A DNA stretch of 39,235 nucleotides from Candidatus Micrarchaeia archaeon (GCA_049970015.1 JBMFNT010000003.1:1-39235); one strand, 5' to 3'; positions 1 through 9,481 are shown, counted from the stretch's first letter. Translations and numbers: made by a program. The notes: a model not told the origin generated them from the sequence alone.

Positions 1-404
1 CAAACAGAAAAGATTACTGGGCCGAAAGTAGTTGTAAAGGAAACTTCACAAACAGAAAAGATTACTGAGATTGTAAAGGAAACTTCGCAAGCAGAAAAGA
101 TTACTGGGCCGAAGGTAGTTGCAGAGGAAACTTCACAAACAGAAAAGATTACTGGGACTAATGTGATTGTAAATGAAGCTTCACAAACAGAAAAGATTAC
201 TGGGATTGTAAATGAAACTTCACAAACAGAAAAGACTACTGGGATTGTAAAGGAAACTTCGCAAGCAGAAAAGATTACTGGACCGAAGGTAGTTGTAAAG
301 GAAGCTTCACAAACAGAAAAGATTACTGGGCCAAAGGAAACTTCACAAGCAGAAAAGATTGCTGGGATTGTAAATGAAACTTCACAAACAGAAAAGATTA
401 CTGG
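1..404. repeat. In-frame coding tandem repeat: about 10 copies of a ~24-30 nt core (tcacaaacagaaaagattactggg) spaced 36, 39 or 48 nt apart
   Basis: The core starts at -2 (partial), 46, 85, 133, 181, 220, 259, 307, 343 and 382. All spacings are multiples of 3, and the variable linkers encode IVK/IVN, PKVVVK or TNVIVN. Confidence 0.9.
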
Positions 405-954
405 GACTAATGTGATGGAAAATACCATGAAAACACAGCAAAAAACAGATGTTGCAGAGCTTAAGTTAGAATTGGAAAATCTGCTATATAACTCTTTCTA
501 CAACCCTGGAGAGAATATTGCTAACATAACTAACCTAGAAAATAAGATTATTGAAAGAATAAAAAATGGCAAAAAGACCTGCTGTAAGGATATCATAGAG
601 ATTGCTAAAAGAAACTCAATACCGTTCTTGAACCCAAAAAAACTGAATGAAAAGAAGGAAGAAATAGACAGCAGGCTAAGTGAGATGTATGCACTGTACA
701 ATAATGTTCCAAATGGAAATAAGAGAAGCATTATGAAAAGAATTGGTATTGTGTTTGCAACACTTGCTGTAGGAATAGGGATAACCTATGGTTCAATACA
801 TGTAATGAACAATTATCAGAATGAGATTAAGAAAGCCACCGAATACACTTATGAAGCGGCTGAAAGCATTGCAAGTACTGCAAAGAAACAATTAGAAAAG
901 AGGATCAACCGCGTAAAACACAACATCAGGAAATGGAAGGCAAAAATAAATTAA
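1..954 (+). CDS. Repeat-rich, membrane-anchored protein; 5'-partial (open from the window edge)
   Basis: Frame 1 has no stop between nt 1 and the listed 163..954 ORF, so the gene starts upstream of the window. The N-terminal part is tandem E-[TA]-S-Q-[TA]-E-K-I-T-G units. The C-terminal part has one hydrophobic helix (IGIVFATLAVGIGITYGSI) and a K/E-rich tail. No family recognised. Confidence 0.6.
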   Translation, partial: QTEKITGPKVVVKETSQTEKITEIVKETSQAEKITGPKVVAEETSQTEKITGTNVIVNEASQTEKITGIVNETSQTEKTTGIVKETSQAEKITGPKVVVKEASQTEKITGPKETSQAEKIAGIVNETSQTEKITGTNVMENTMKTQQKTDVAELKLELENLLYNSFYNPGENIANITNLENKIIERIKNGKKTCCKDIIEIAKRNSIPFLNPKKLNEKKEEIDSRLSEMYALYNNVPNGNKRSIMKRIGIVFATLAVGIGITYGSIHVMNNYQNEIKKATEYTYEAAESIASTAKKQLEKRINRVKHNIRKWKAKIN

Positions 955-968
955 GAAAGCAATGTAAG

Positions 969-1913
969 TCATGAATATGTTACCTTGACCTTTTCATTTT
1001 CTCCAAAGCCATAAAATGGTATTTCTATTCTTATGTTTATAGGCTTCAACATTTCTTGCATGAACATCTTCAATAAACTACTGGTTGGAGTAAGCGTGCA
1101 CTCATTATACTCACTTATGTTTGAAAGCTCTGCTGCTTTCTCAAATGCTCTCTTACGATTTCCAATCTCATCAACAAGCCCAAGTGAATATGCCTTCCTT
1201 CCGGAGATTATGCGTGCATCAAGAACAGTTTCAAGGCCTGAACTGGAAAAGTTCGGACGGCCTTTCCTGTTTTCCACTACTTTGTCCTTGAAATCTTGGA
1301 AGATTTCTTCAATGTACTCTTTAACAACTGCTCTTTCTTGATCAGAAAGATTTCTTCCTATATCCCCCATATCCTTCATGCTTCCTGAAGATATCACTGT
1401 ATAATTAATCCCAAAGTTTCTGAAAAGGCTCTCAAACGAAATGAATGTTGCGCGCACTCCTATGCTTCCTGTTACCGTCTCAGGCTCAGAGACTATGTAA
1501 TCCGCCCCTAACGCTGCATAGTAGCCCCCAGATGTTGCAATATTTCTGAGATATGCAACAACTGGTTTCTTTGAACTTTTAAGGTTTTCATATATCTCTC
1601 TTGTTGCAATTATCTCCCCGCCAGGAGAATCTATGTAAACTACAATTGCAGATATATCAGAACGCTCATTTGCTTCATCAATCAGCTTTATGACATCTTT
1701 TGCAGTAGGCCGTGGCTCTGGGAATAATATATTATTCTCTTCTGAAACATCTGTTATTGGAAAGTCCACCTTGATCTCAGCAATGCATGGTTTTGAAATC
1801 ACTATACCAGCAAGCTGGCCAAATATGGAGAGCACAACTATGCTAAGTACAATTACAACCAATATTATTGCTATAATCCCCAATATAGAAAATCCTTCTT
1901 TCCTGGCTGTCAT
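969..1913 (-). CDS. sppA: Signal peptide peptidase SppA (S49 family, 36K type)
   Basis: N-terminal TM helix, then IVVYIDSPGGE and ATSGGYYAALGADYIVSEPETVTGSIGV, typical of the ClpP/crotonase-fold S49 peptidases. Confidence 0.85.
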   Translation of the reverse strand: MTARKEGFSILGIIAIILVVIVLSIVVLSIFGQLAGIVISKPCIAEIKVDFPITDVSEENNILFPEPRPTAKDVIKLIDEANERSDISAIVVYIDSPGGEIIATREIYENLKSSKKPVVAYLRNIATSGGYYAALGADYIVSEPETVTGSIGVRATFISFESLFRNFGINYTVISSGSMKDMGDIGRNLSDQERAVVKEYIEEIFQDFKDKVVENRKGRPNFSSSGLETVLDARIISGRKAYSLGLVDEIGNRKRAFEKAAELSNISEYNECTLTPTSSLLKMFMQEMLKPINIRIEIPFYGFGENEKVKVTYS

Positions 1914-1964
1914 TGTATAAAACTAAACTAAAAATAATATAAACTTCATCACTTTAAGTGAAAC

Positions 1965-2474
1965 ATGCTTGATATCTTTTCAATCATCCTATTCATACTG
2001 CCACCATATATTGCAAATGCCATTCCGGTTCTGTTTGGAGGAGGTACCCCTATAGACCTTGGCATGAGCGCGTGGGATGGCAGAAGAATACTTGGGGATG
2101 GTAAGACGCTGCGCGGCCTTTTTGCAGGGATACTGGCTGGCATCCTCACAGGGTATGCTGAGTATACACTTCTGGGGAGATATGAGCTATTCATAATTTC
2201 AGTTTATTCGTCCTGTGGTGCTATGTTTGGAGACATTGTAGGCAGCTTCATAAAAAGAAGGATGGGGATGGAACGCGGAAAGCCTTCATTTGTAATGGAC
2301 CAGCTGCTCTTCATCATATTTGCGCTAGTGTTTTCATACGCTACACTTGCTGAGTATATACCGAGCGTGCTATTTCCTGAAAGTGTTTTATTTATACTAC
2401 TGCTCACATACTTAATGCACAGGGGCATGAACATAGTAGCAAACAAACTCGGCTTAAAGAAAGTTCCATGGTGA
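1965..2474 (+). CDS. carS: CDP-archaeol synthase (CDP-2,3-bis-O-geranylgeranyl-sn-glycerol synthase)
   Basis: LPPYIANAIPVLFGGGTPIDLG, DGRRILGDGKTLRG, GAMFGDIVGSFIKRR and the C-terminal LGLKKVPW match the archaeal CarS (DUF46) family end to end. About 5 TM helices. Confidence 0.85.
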   Translation: MLDIFSIILFILPPYIANAIPVLFGGGTPIDLGMSAWDGRRILGDGKTLRGLFAGILAGILTGYAEYTLLGRYELFIISVYSSCGAMFGDIVGSFIKRRMGMERGKPSFVMDQLLFIIFALVFSYATLAEYIPSVLFPESVLFILLLTYLMHRGMNIVANKLGLKKVPW

Positions 2475-2475
2475 G

Positions 2476-3042
2476 ATGATGAAAATTGTCTGTATAACAG
2501 GAATGAGAGGATGTGGCAAAACAGTCTTTGGTGAGGTTGCAAAGGAGATGGGGTATAAAGTGCATGAGATGAGTGATATTGTCAGGGATATGATGAAAAA
2601 TGAAAATATAATGATAGATAATAGGAACATAAGAGAGTATGCGAAAAGTATACGCGAAAGGTATGGTAAAAATATAGTTGCAGTAAAAATGGTTGAAAAG
2701 ATCATGAGAGAGGACATGAATCTACCTCTCATTGTGATAGTAGGTATACGTGGAATGTATGAGATACGCGAGTTCAAGGAAGCGTTTGGGAATGATAATG
2801 TAATCCTTATTGCAATACATTCCCCACCAAAAGTCAGGTATGAGAGAGTTATGGAAAGGACCAATAAGATTGACGACCCAAAAACCTATGAAGAATTTCT
2901 CTGGGCTGAGGAGATGGAACTTGGCTATGGCATATCAAAGGCGATTGCACTCGCGGATATAATGATAATCAATAATAGTGGGATAGAAGAGTATATACAA
3001 GTATGCAAAAAACTGCTGGGTGGCCTGGCCGGAGGAGGATAG
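2476..3042 (+). CDS. P-loop nucleotide kinase-like protein (archaeal UPF0200 / dephospho-CoA-kinase-like family)
   Basis: N-terminal P-loop ITGMRGCGKT with size and layout like small archaeal NMP-kinase-like proteins. The start lies 1 nt after the carS stop. Confidence 0.6.
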   Translation: MMKIVCITGMRGCGKTVFGEVAKEMGYKVHEMSDIVRDMMKNENIMIDNRNIREYAKSIRERYGKNIVAVKMVEKIMREDMNLPLIVIVGIRGMYEIREFKEAFGNDNVILIAIHSPPKVRYERVMERTNKIDDPKTYEEFLWAEEMELGYGISKAIALADIMIINNSGIEEYIQVCKKLLGGLAGGG

Positions 3043-3043
3043 A

Positions 3044-3727
3044 ATGATGAAACTGAACATAGGGTATGGTAGATATAATGTTCTTGTTGAGCAGAATTTG
3101 GTGGATGAGAATGGGTTAGCGCGTGCATTCTGCGCAATAGGGGATATCCCTTATGAAATAGTTGGAATAGATACTTGCCTAATAAGGAAGAATGTTGTTA
3201 AAGGAGATATTGAAGCCACATTTTCAAACATATCAAAAATAGTAAAAAGCAACAGTGCATATAAAGAGTATGGGCCTTTAATTGAATCTATTGCCATTGA
3301 TGAGTTTCTAGAGATTATGCCAAAGCACACTAAGGTTGAAGGTAAGGCTGAAAAGGATAAGGTATACTTTGTGAGCAACGGCCCTGAATGGATAATAATA
3401 AAGAAGATGAGCATTTCAAAGGAGACTAAGGCACGTGAAGTTGCTGCCTTCCTGCTGGGCATAAAATACTCATTGCTTACAAAGTACTTGGATAACAAAT
3501 CCTGCAGTCCAGATGCACTCGATAGTGTAATGGGCAGCATAAAGGGGAAGCGGAGGAGCATAAGTGCTCTTGCCACTGCTTACAACAGCTCAAAAGGGGA
3601 TAAGATAGCGTTCTTGAAAGGAATTTTAGGGCTTGGATATTCAATAACCCCCACCGCTGATGCAATAAAATCTGTATTTCCGGAGGTTAAGCTTCCTGGA
3701 ATAAAGGGAAGGATGCCTAAAAAATGA
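3044..3727 (+). CDS. Hypothetical protein
   Basis: Long ORF. The preferred start is ATGATG at 3044, 1 nt after the upstream TAG; the ORF-track start at 3020 would overlap the kinase gene. No motif recognised. Confidence 0.5.
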   Translation: MMKLNIGYGRYNVLVEQNLVDENGLARAFCAIGDIPYEIVGIDTCLIRKNVVKGDIEATFSNISKIVKSNSAYKEYGPLIESIAIDEFLEIMPKHTKVEGKAEKDKVYFVSNGPEWIIIKKMSISKETKAREVAAFLLGIKYSLLTKYLDNKSCSPDALDSVMGSIKGKRRSISALATAYNSSKGDKIAFLKGILGLGYSITPTADAIKSVFPEVKLPGIKGRMPKK

Positions 3728-3746
3728 CTAATATTGAGGTGTGAAT

Positions 3747-4028
3747 ATGGAATATCCTGAGGATGCAATTGCAGTTGCAAAAACCGGAAAACGAGAGGTT
3801 CGCGTGCTTATGGGGGAAGGGAGGTATATTATGTATAGGTACAGGGAAGTTGGTGGCAAGGATTTGCAGAAATATTCAATACTGCTGGAAACGAGCACTG
3901 GTGAGATTGAGCACATAATGATTGTGCCTACAAAAGAGAGAGAAATTGTTGTCAAGCACACAAGCGAGAGGCCATTTACGCGAGGGATATGGGATGAAAA
4001 GCATGATAAGGTGGTAAAATTCCCATAA
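3747..4028 (+). CDS. Hypothetical small protein
   Basis: The ORF track lists 3741..4028. The first ATG is at 3747 (MEYPEDAIAV...) and is preceded by gaggtg. No family recognised. Confidence 0.4.
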   Translation: MEYPEDAIAVAKTGKREVRVLMGEGRYIMYRYREVGGKDLQKYSILLETSTGEIEHIMIVPTKEREIVVKHTSERPFTRGIWDEKHDKVVKFP

Positions 4029-4080
4029 TCAATTTTTATTATTATGTATTGTATTCATTTACATTGAATGGTGAGTTTCT

Positions 4081-4506
4081 GTGGATACAAATAGGATAAG
4101 GATGTCTGGAAGGAAGTATTATTTAATAGAACTAGTGCTTGCAATCCTTGTTTCAATTGCGCTCTGGTTCATACCAGTAATTAATGTACTTATACCACTT
4201 GTGTGGCTGGCAGCTGTTGTTGCAGCAATCATCACATACATTTATGTGAGAAATTATTGGATTGAGTTTGAGGAGGATGGCCTAAACATAAACAAAGGAG
4301 TGATCAATGTAAAGACGCTTTTTTTGCCGTACGCAAATATTGATAATGTTGAGATGGATACAAGAATAATGGATAGGATGCTTGGGCTTACAGAAATAAG
4401 GATTGACACAAAAGGGCGTGCGGACGTAGAAGTAATATTAAAGAATATACCAAAGGATCCTGCTATGGAAATAGTTAACCTATTAAGAAAAAAGATTATG
4501 AAGTAG
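4081..4506 (+). CDS. Membrane protein with a bacterial-type PH domain (bPH_2 / YdbS-like)
   Basis: Two N-terminal TM helices followed by IEFEEDGLNINKGVINVKTLFLPYANIDNVEMDTRIMDRMLGLTEIRIDTKG, the bPH_2 pattern. GTG start at 4081; alternative ATG at 4102. Confidence 0.65.
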   Translation: MDTNRIRMSGRKYYLIELVLAILVSIALWFIPVINVLIPLVWLAAVVAAIITYIYVRNYWIEFEEDGLNINKGVINVKTLFLPYANIDNVEMDTRIMDRMLGLTEIRIDTKGRADVEVILKNIPKDPAMEIVNLLRKKIMK

Positions 4507-4525
4507 CTATTGTCCAAAGAATTCT

Positions 4526-4942
4526 CTAAATCTGTACAACTGGCCTAAACTTAAACCCATACGTTATCAGGCCTTCTGGATTATCCTCGTGAAGTTTTCG
4601 GAATACCATCTCAACAGGCATGCCTATTTTAACTTCCTCAGGATCAACATCAACTATCTGGCCTGTTATTCTTGCGCCTTCCTCAAGCTCAACTATTGCA
4701 AGCACATATGGCACATAAAATTCATAACCTTCAGGCGCTACGCGTATTACTGTGTATGAGTAAATCTTACCATTTCCTGAATATTTATGAGGTACAATCT
4801 TACCTTTTCTCCTGCACATTGGGCATATAGCCCTGCCAGGCATATAGTATGTGCCACAGGTCTCGCACCTTGAGCCTATTAGATTATACCTCTCACTTGT
4901 CCTTCTCCACATCGAAGGTAATCCCGGTTTCATCAAAATCAT
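4526..4942 (-). CDS. DUF35 Zn-ribbon/OB-fold protein, scaffold subunit of the thiolase/HMG-CoA synthase complex
   Basis: Zinc ribbon CETCGTYYMPGRAICPMC, then an OB-fold region. The ATG at 4942 overlaps the thiolase TGA (ATGA). It is the third gene of the conserved archaeal operon. Confidence 0.85.
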   Translation of the reverse strand: MILMKPGLPSMWRRTSERYNLIGSRCETCGTYYMPGRAICPMCRRKGKIVPHKYSGNGKIYSYTVIRVAPEGYEFYVPYVLAIVELEEGARITGQIVDVDPEEVKIGMPVEMVFRKLHEDNPEGLITYGFKFRPVVQI

Positions 4943-6117
4943 CCCTTCTTGAATATGTGAACGACACATGTAGCCCCAGAACCGCCAACATTATGCGTGA
5001 GGCCATATTCTGCATCCTTGACTTGCCTGCCTTCTGCCTTTCCACGCAGCTGCCAAACTATCTCGACAACCTGCTTGATGCCCGTAGCCCCAACAGGATG
5101 GCCACATGCTTTAAGCCCTCCACTTGAGTTAACTGTAATCTCACCATTCACTTTCGTTGCACCATCAAGTATTGCCTTTCCAGCTTTTCCTTTCTCAAAG
5201 AACCCCAGGTCTTCCACAGCCATTATCTCAGCTATAGTAAAACAATCGTGAACTTCAGCAACATCAACATCATGGGGTGAGATACCTGCCTGCTTGTAAG
5301 CATCCCGGGATGCGATCTGTGTTGCTTTAATGCTTGTTAGGGTTGTCCTGTCATGCAAAGCAACAGTATCACTTGCCTGAGCACTTGCAACTATTTCAAC
5401 ATAATCATCTGTATGCTTCTTTGCGGTCTCAAGGTCCATCAAAACTGCAACTGCTGCCCCATCACTTATTGGGGAACAATCAAGAATTTTTAGCGGATCG
5501 GCAACCATCTTGGAATCTAGAACCTCCTGAATAGTAATCTCCTTTCTGAACTGTGCATACTTGTTGTGCACTGCATTTGCATGGTTTTTGACCGCAACCG
5601 CTGCCATCATCTCCTCCGTAGTGCCGTACTCAATCATGTGCCTTCTTGCCATCAACGCGTATAAGCCAGGAAATGTTGCACCATGCAAGAGCTCCCATTC
5701 CTGATCACCTGCTCCACCAAGAGCAGTCACAGTTTCTGCAGTCGTTGCATCAGTCATCTTCTCAACACCACCTGCCACAACACAGTTATACGCACCGCTC
5801 GCAACTGCAAAGTAGGCATTCCTGAATGCTAGGCTTCCAGATGCACACGCTCCCTCAACACGAGTTGCAGGTATTGGTGTAAGCCCCATGGAATCAGCTA
5901 TGAGTGCAGCAATATGCTCCTGCCCTATAAGCCGGCCGGAAGCCATCGTGCCACCGTACAATGCCTGTATCTCCGACCCTTCAAGGTTTGCATCCTTAAT
6001 CGCATCTATACCTGCCTGCACAACCAAGTCACGAAGGTTGAGCTCCCACAATTCACCAAACTTGCTCATACCTACTCCAACAACTGCTACCTTTCTCATA
6101 AACATCTCCTTGCTCAC
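4939..6117 (-). CDS. Acetyl-CoA acetyltransferase (archaeal thiolase)
   Basis: [12 protein letters not shown], the active-site region EGACASGS, and C-terminal [13 protein letters not shown] and NVGGSGAT. The GTG at 6117 overlaps the HMGS stop. An AGGAG precedes ATGs at 6105 and 6099, so the true start may be MRKVAVVG at 6099. Confidence 0.9.
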   Translation of the reverse strand: MSKEMFMRKVAVVGVGMSKFGELWELNLRDLVVQAGIDAIKDANLEGSEIQALYGGTMASGRLIGQEHIAALIADSMGLTPIPATRVEGACASGSLAFRNAYFAVASGAYNCVVAGGVEKMTDATTAETVTALGGAGDQEWELLHGATFPGLYALMARRHMIEYGTTEEMMAAVAVKNHANAVHNKYAQFRKEITIQEVLDSKMVADPLKILDCSPISDGAAVAVLMDLETAKKHTDDYVEIVASAQASDTVALHDRTTLTSIKATQIASRDAYKQAGISPHDVDVAEVHDCFTIAEIMAVEDLGFFEKGKAGKAILDGATKVNGEITVNSSGGLKACGHPVGATGIKQVVEIVWQLRGKAEGRQVKDAEYGLTHNVGGSGATCVVHIFKKG

Positions 6118-7157
6118 ATTATGAGCTTCTTCCTATGCTTTGCATATGTCCCATAATCCAGGTATTTCTTGTTCTGGATTATTTTCATAACTGGATACTT
6201 GTTGGGCTTTGATTCCTTTACATCAGTTACCTCTATGTGCAGCGCATCACTCCCGGCACCGCTGCCAAATGATACTACAAGTACATTGTCCCCCGGCCTG
6301 GCAATGTCAAGGACTGCTGCAAGGCCTATCAGGGATGCTGCTGAATAAGTGTTGCCTATGTATGGGGTTATAAGGCTTGGTTCTATTTGCTCAGTGGTAA
6401 ATGCCAGCTGTTTTGCCACCATTCTAGGGAACTTGCCATTGGGTTGGTGGAACACTGCATACTTGTAATCGCTCGGTCTTGTACCAATCCTGTCCATAAG
6501 CCCCTTTGCGCCACCAATTATGTGTTTGAAATACCCAGGTGTACCTGTAAACCTTCCACCATGAGATGGGTACACTGCATGCTCCCTCCTCCAGAAATCA
6601 GGAGTATCTGTAGCGTATGAAAATATGTGCTCAATACGTGCAATTATCTCATCATCTCTCTTTCCCAAAAGAAAAGCGCCTGCACCTGCACCTGCGCTAT
6701 ATTCAAGTGCATCACCAGGACGGCCTTGTGATGTATCAGCACCTATGCCCATACCATAATCGATATCGCAGGACTTGACAAGTGCATATGAATTGATTAT
6801 ACTTGCCGTGCCTGCCTTGCACGCAAACTCATGGTCTGCGGCATATAACTCGGGGGTTGCGCCTATTGCCTCACCAACTATGGTAGAGGTAGGTTTTACT
6901 GCATACGGATGCGATTCAGAACCAACAAATATTGATGATACTTTCCTACCATCTATACCTGCATGCGCCACCGCCCTCCGTGCAGCCTCAACTGCAAGCG
7001 TTGCTGCATCCTCATCAAGCCCTGGAACAGACTTTTCTGAGAGACCAAGGCCATCAACTATGCGCGATTCTTCCTCTCCCCACACACGCGCAATCTCACC
7101 AACCTTAATTCTATATATAGGAACTGAAACCCCATATCCTACTATACCTACTGCCAT
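6114..7157 (-). CDS. Hydroxymethylglutaryl-CoA synthase
   Basis: [35 protein letters not shown] and FHQPNGKFP are typical of archaeal HMGS. It is the first gene of the HMGS-thiolase-DUF35 operon. Confidence 0.9.
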   Translation of the reverse strand: MAVGIVGYGVSVPIYRIKVGEIARVWGEEESRIVDGLGLSEKSVPGLDEDAATLAVEAARRAVAHAGIDGRKVSSIFVGSESHPYAVKPTSTIVGEAIGATPELYAADHEFACKAGTASIINSYALVKSCDIDYGMGIGADTSQGRPGDALEYSAGAGAGAFLLGKRDDEIIARIEHIFSYATDTPDFWRREHAVYPSHGGRFTGTPGYFKHIIGGAKGLMDRIGTRPSDYKYAVFHQPNGKFPRMVAKQLAFTTEQIEPSLITPYIGNTYSAASLIGLAAVLDIARPGDNVLVVSFGSGAGSDALHIEVTDVKESKPNKYPVMKIIQNKKYLDYGTYAKHRKKLIM

Positions 7158-7166
7158 AAAACCATC

Positions 7167-7865
7167 TCAAAGCTTCTTAAGAGCCCCCTCAATCTTATCA
7201 ATCGGCATATATGTAAGGAGAAGTGGGATTTTCTCCTTTTGTGCCAATGCAATTGCTAGCTTGTCAACCTTATTTTCCTTCAGATCATGAAAAACGATTA
7301 TGCTCGGTTTTATAGAGTTGACCCGCACAACCACCATGGGCGACCTGCCAGTGCTAACATCAGAAAATATGAATGCACGCTCCCGCGTGTTCCCAAAAAG
7401 GTTTGGAAAATCTGTGGCCTGCATTTCCATTATTGCGCGCAGAGAGCGGATGAAAGTGTATCCATAGACCTTGGCGCGGTCCAGAAGCTCTTCATTTGCT
7501 ATTGCCTTGCCTTCAATAAGCTTTGCAAAATCCACACCGTTTATAGAACTTGCAAACTCATGCACGTAAAAGAAATCTGATGTTGGCAGCTCCTGAGTAT
7601 ACCTGCTGACAACAGTGCCTCCTCTTGCAAGGTCTATTTCTATTATAGCTGACACAAAGCGCTTAACAATGTTTATGCCGGGATTGCTTCTCCGCTCCCC
7701 TTCATAATCGCTTATGGTTGAGGGATTTATACCCAAAAACCTGCTAAGCTCCATCTGCGAAATGGAAAATATCTCACGCCACTTGCGCATCGTCTTGCCT
7801 GGAGAGTTTGAAAACGTTATCTCGCTTGCTATCTTGTGTGCCAACGGTTCATACCTCTTATCCAT
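7167..7865 (-). CDS. XRE-type HTH transcriptional regulator with a C-terminal extension (archaeal COG1395-like)
   Basis: HTH segment MRKWREIFSISQMELSRFLGINPSTISDYEGERRSNP, followed by a ~150 aa domain. It ends 9 nt upstream of the HMGS start. Confidence 0.7.
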   Translation of the reverse strand: MDKRYEPLAHKIASEITFSNSPGKTMRKWREIFSISQMELSRFLGINPSTISDYEGERRSNPGINIVKRFVSAIIEIDLARGGTVVSRYTQELPTSDFFYVHEFASSINGVDFAKLIEGKAIANEELLDRAKVYGYTFIRSLRAIMEMQATDFPNLFGNTRERAFIFSDVSTGRSPMVVVRVNSIKPSIIVFHDLKENKVDKLAIALAQKEKIPLLLTYMPIDKIEGALKKL

Positions 7866-7953
7866 AGATTATAATCAGAATGGAAAGGATTATAAATATA
7901 ATCGAAATTTATTTAGACAATTGCCTAATGAGCAGACATTCTTCCTTCTAAGA

Positions 7954-8916
7954 CTATTTGTATTCTGTTAATGAATACCTCTTTTTTAGGAGAGACACTG
8001 CAGCAGCTTCAATATCAGAAAATCTTGAGACTGGGACATTTACCCCTGCTGCATACATGTGCCCTCCTCCTGTACCCCCGAGCACTGCTGCAAGCTCTGA
8101 TGCAAACTGGCCAAGGTGCATCCCAAGCGAAGGAGAGGAGCGTATTGAAATCCTTACCTCTCCCTCTTTCTCATACCTTGCATATGCTAAGCCGAAGTCT
8201 GCAGCAAGACATTGTACAATCCTGGTTGCAACTATTGACTGGAACGAATCACAATCACTGAGTATGAAAACAAGCTTCCTGCGTGCATCCCGTAAAATTC
8301 TATAATTCATAAACGAGCGTGCAAAAACCAACCGCTCCGATTCACTGAGTGGAGGTCTTTCAACAAGCGCAACCAGTTCATCATAACTTTTACCTGCATA
8401 CCTGAGAAGGATTGGGATGTCTGCAAAGATTGAAGGGTCTCTTACTGCCTTAAACCTATAAGTGTCAGCAATCAGGCCAAGGAGGATCATATCGGCCTGA
8501 AAAGGAGTAGGTGTAATCCCCCTATCTTTCATCATCCTGTAGATTACATATGTGGTGGATGGTTGGTTTGGAAAAGAGAACCTATACGTGGCATTCAGCA
8601 ATGTCTTTCTCATGTGATGGTCTATTATGCACATGAACTTTTCTTTCTTTACCGGAATGAGTGAAGGGTCATCTACATCTACAAGCACGCATCTAGAAGG
8701 ATCTATTTTGCTAGATATACTGTAGTTAAGCTTGTATGCCTCACATATGGTGCGGGCATCACGTGATGGCCTGTCAAAGAAAACAACTTGTGATTTTGGA
8801 AAAAGGGAATGGATGAGAAAAGAGCTGCATACGCCATCTATATCAGAGAGGAGGTGCGATGAGACTATGAATGCATCATCGCTCGTCAATATGTCAAATA
8901 TGCTTAATGGCGGCAT
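7954..8916 (-). CDS. DHH/DHHA1 family phosphoesterase (NrnA/RecJ-like)
   Basis: Motifs SHLLSDIDGVCSS, VDVDD, IIDHH and C-terminal GGTGGGHMYAAG. Its ATG shares one base with the prefoldin stop (TAATG). Confidence 0.8.
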   Translation of the reverse strand: MPPLSIFDILTSDDAFIVSSHLLSDIDGVCSSFLIHSLFPKSQVVFFDRPSRDARTICEAYKLNYSISSKIDPSRCVLVDVDDPSLIPVKKEKFMCIIDHHMRKTLLNATYRFSFPNQPSTTYVIYRMMKDRGITPTPFQADMILLGLIADTYRFKAVRDPSIFADIPILLRYAGKSYDELVALVERPPLSESERLVFARSFMNYRILRDARRKLVFILSDCDSFQSIVATRIVQCLAADFGLAYARYEKEGEVRISIRSSPSLGMHLGQFASELAAVLGGTGGGHMYAAGVNVPVSRFSDIEAAAVSLLKKRYSLTEYK

Positions 8917-9245
8917 TAACTACCTCCCTGGGCGCCTTCAAGCTTCTCAGCAATCGCTTTCATCCTTGAACGTAGAATACGCTCATTCCTGTCAATGCTC
9001 TCGAGCCTTACTTCAACAAGCTGTTTCCTCTCAAGCAGGTCCTTCTCAATATCTTCCTTTTTTTTCTCTACAAGGAGTGTACCTATCATCTCATAGGTCT
9101 TGCCCTCAACATCTTTGAGAGAAGTGAGTGCCCTGTCCATATCCCCCTGCTGCAGAATCAGTTGCTGTTTTTCAATCATCAATGCCTGTAGTCGTGCTTG
9201 CAAGTCTTGCAGTTCAGATAGTTGATTTTCCATTTCATTTTCCAT
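8916..9245 (-). CDS. pfdB: Prefoldin beta subunit
   Basis: 109 aa with two coiled-coil arms around a central beta hairpin (KTYEMIGTLLVEKKKEDI). Size and pattern fit archaeal PfdB. Confidence 0.85.
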   Translation of the reverse strand: MENEMENQLSELQDLQARLQALMIEKQQLILQQGDMDRALTSLKDVEGKTYEMIGTLLVEKKKEDIEKDLLERKQLVEVRLESIDRNERILRSRMKAIAEKLEGAQGGS

Positions 9246-9253
9246 AACATCAC

Positions 9254-9481
9254 CTATTTCAACAAGCGTTCAACAGATTCACATACCCTCAACAGGCGTG
9301 CATGCTCGTTGAATGATGCACGGAGCGCTGTCAGATCAGTGGCGCTCATGTACACCACAACCTCTCCTTTGTCAACACTAACCCGGGACTTACATCTATC
9401 ATGCTCATCACCCTGTCCAATCGCGGCCACTACTCCATCCGGGTCTGGTACTGCCAGCCTAAGCGTGCATTCGTAAGCCAT
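9254..9481 (-). CDS. KEOPS Pcc1-like small protein
   Basis: MAYECTLRLAV...VSVDKGEVVVYMSATDLTALRASFNEHARLLRVCESV resembles Pcc1/CTAG-fold proteins, which commonly sit next to pfdB in archaea. Start chosen at the internal ATG 9481; the upstream part of the listed ORF is hydrophobic junk. Confidence 0.55.
   Translation of the reverse strand: MAYECTLRLAVPDPDGVVAAIGQGDEHDRCKSRVSVDKGEVVVYMSATDLTALRASFNEHARLLRVCESVERLLK

Noticed and set aside
1-404. The regularly spaced ~24-30 nt repeats could be mistaken for a CRISPR array.
   Set aside because: The intervals between cores are only 9-21 nt, and every spacing is a multiple of 3. The whole array lies in one open reading frame that continues into a TM-anchored protein, and no cas genes are nearby.
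6775-7290. 171-aa plus-strand ORF across the HMGS and HTH-regulator genes. Similar long antisense ORFs were noticed at 2454-2864, 9706-10224, 16602-17096, 22600-23058, 23290-23766, 24913-25359, 25979-26425, 26472-26903, 30393-30845, 34751-35209 and 37015-37404.
   Set aside because: Each lies opposite a gene with clear family motifs and translates to Ser/Pro/Leu-rich or otherwise featureless sequence. These are typical shadow ORFs.
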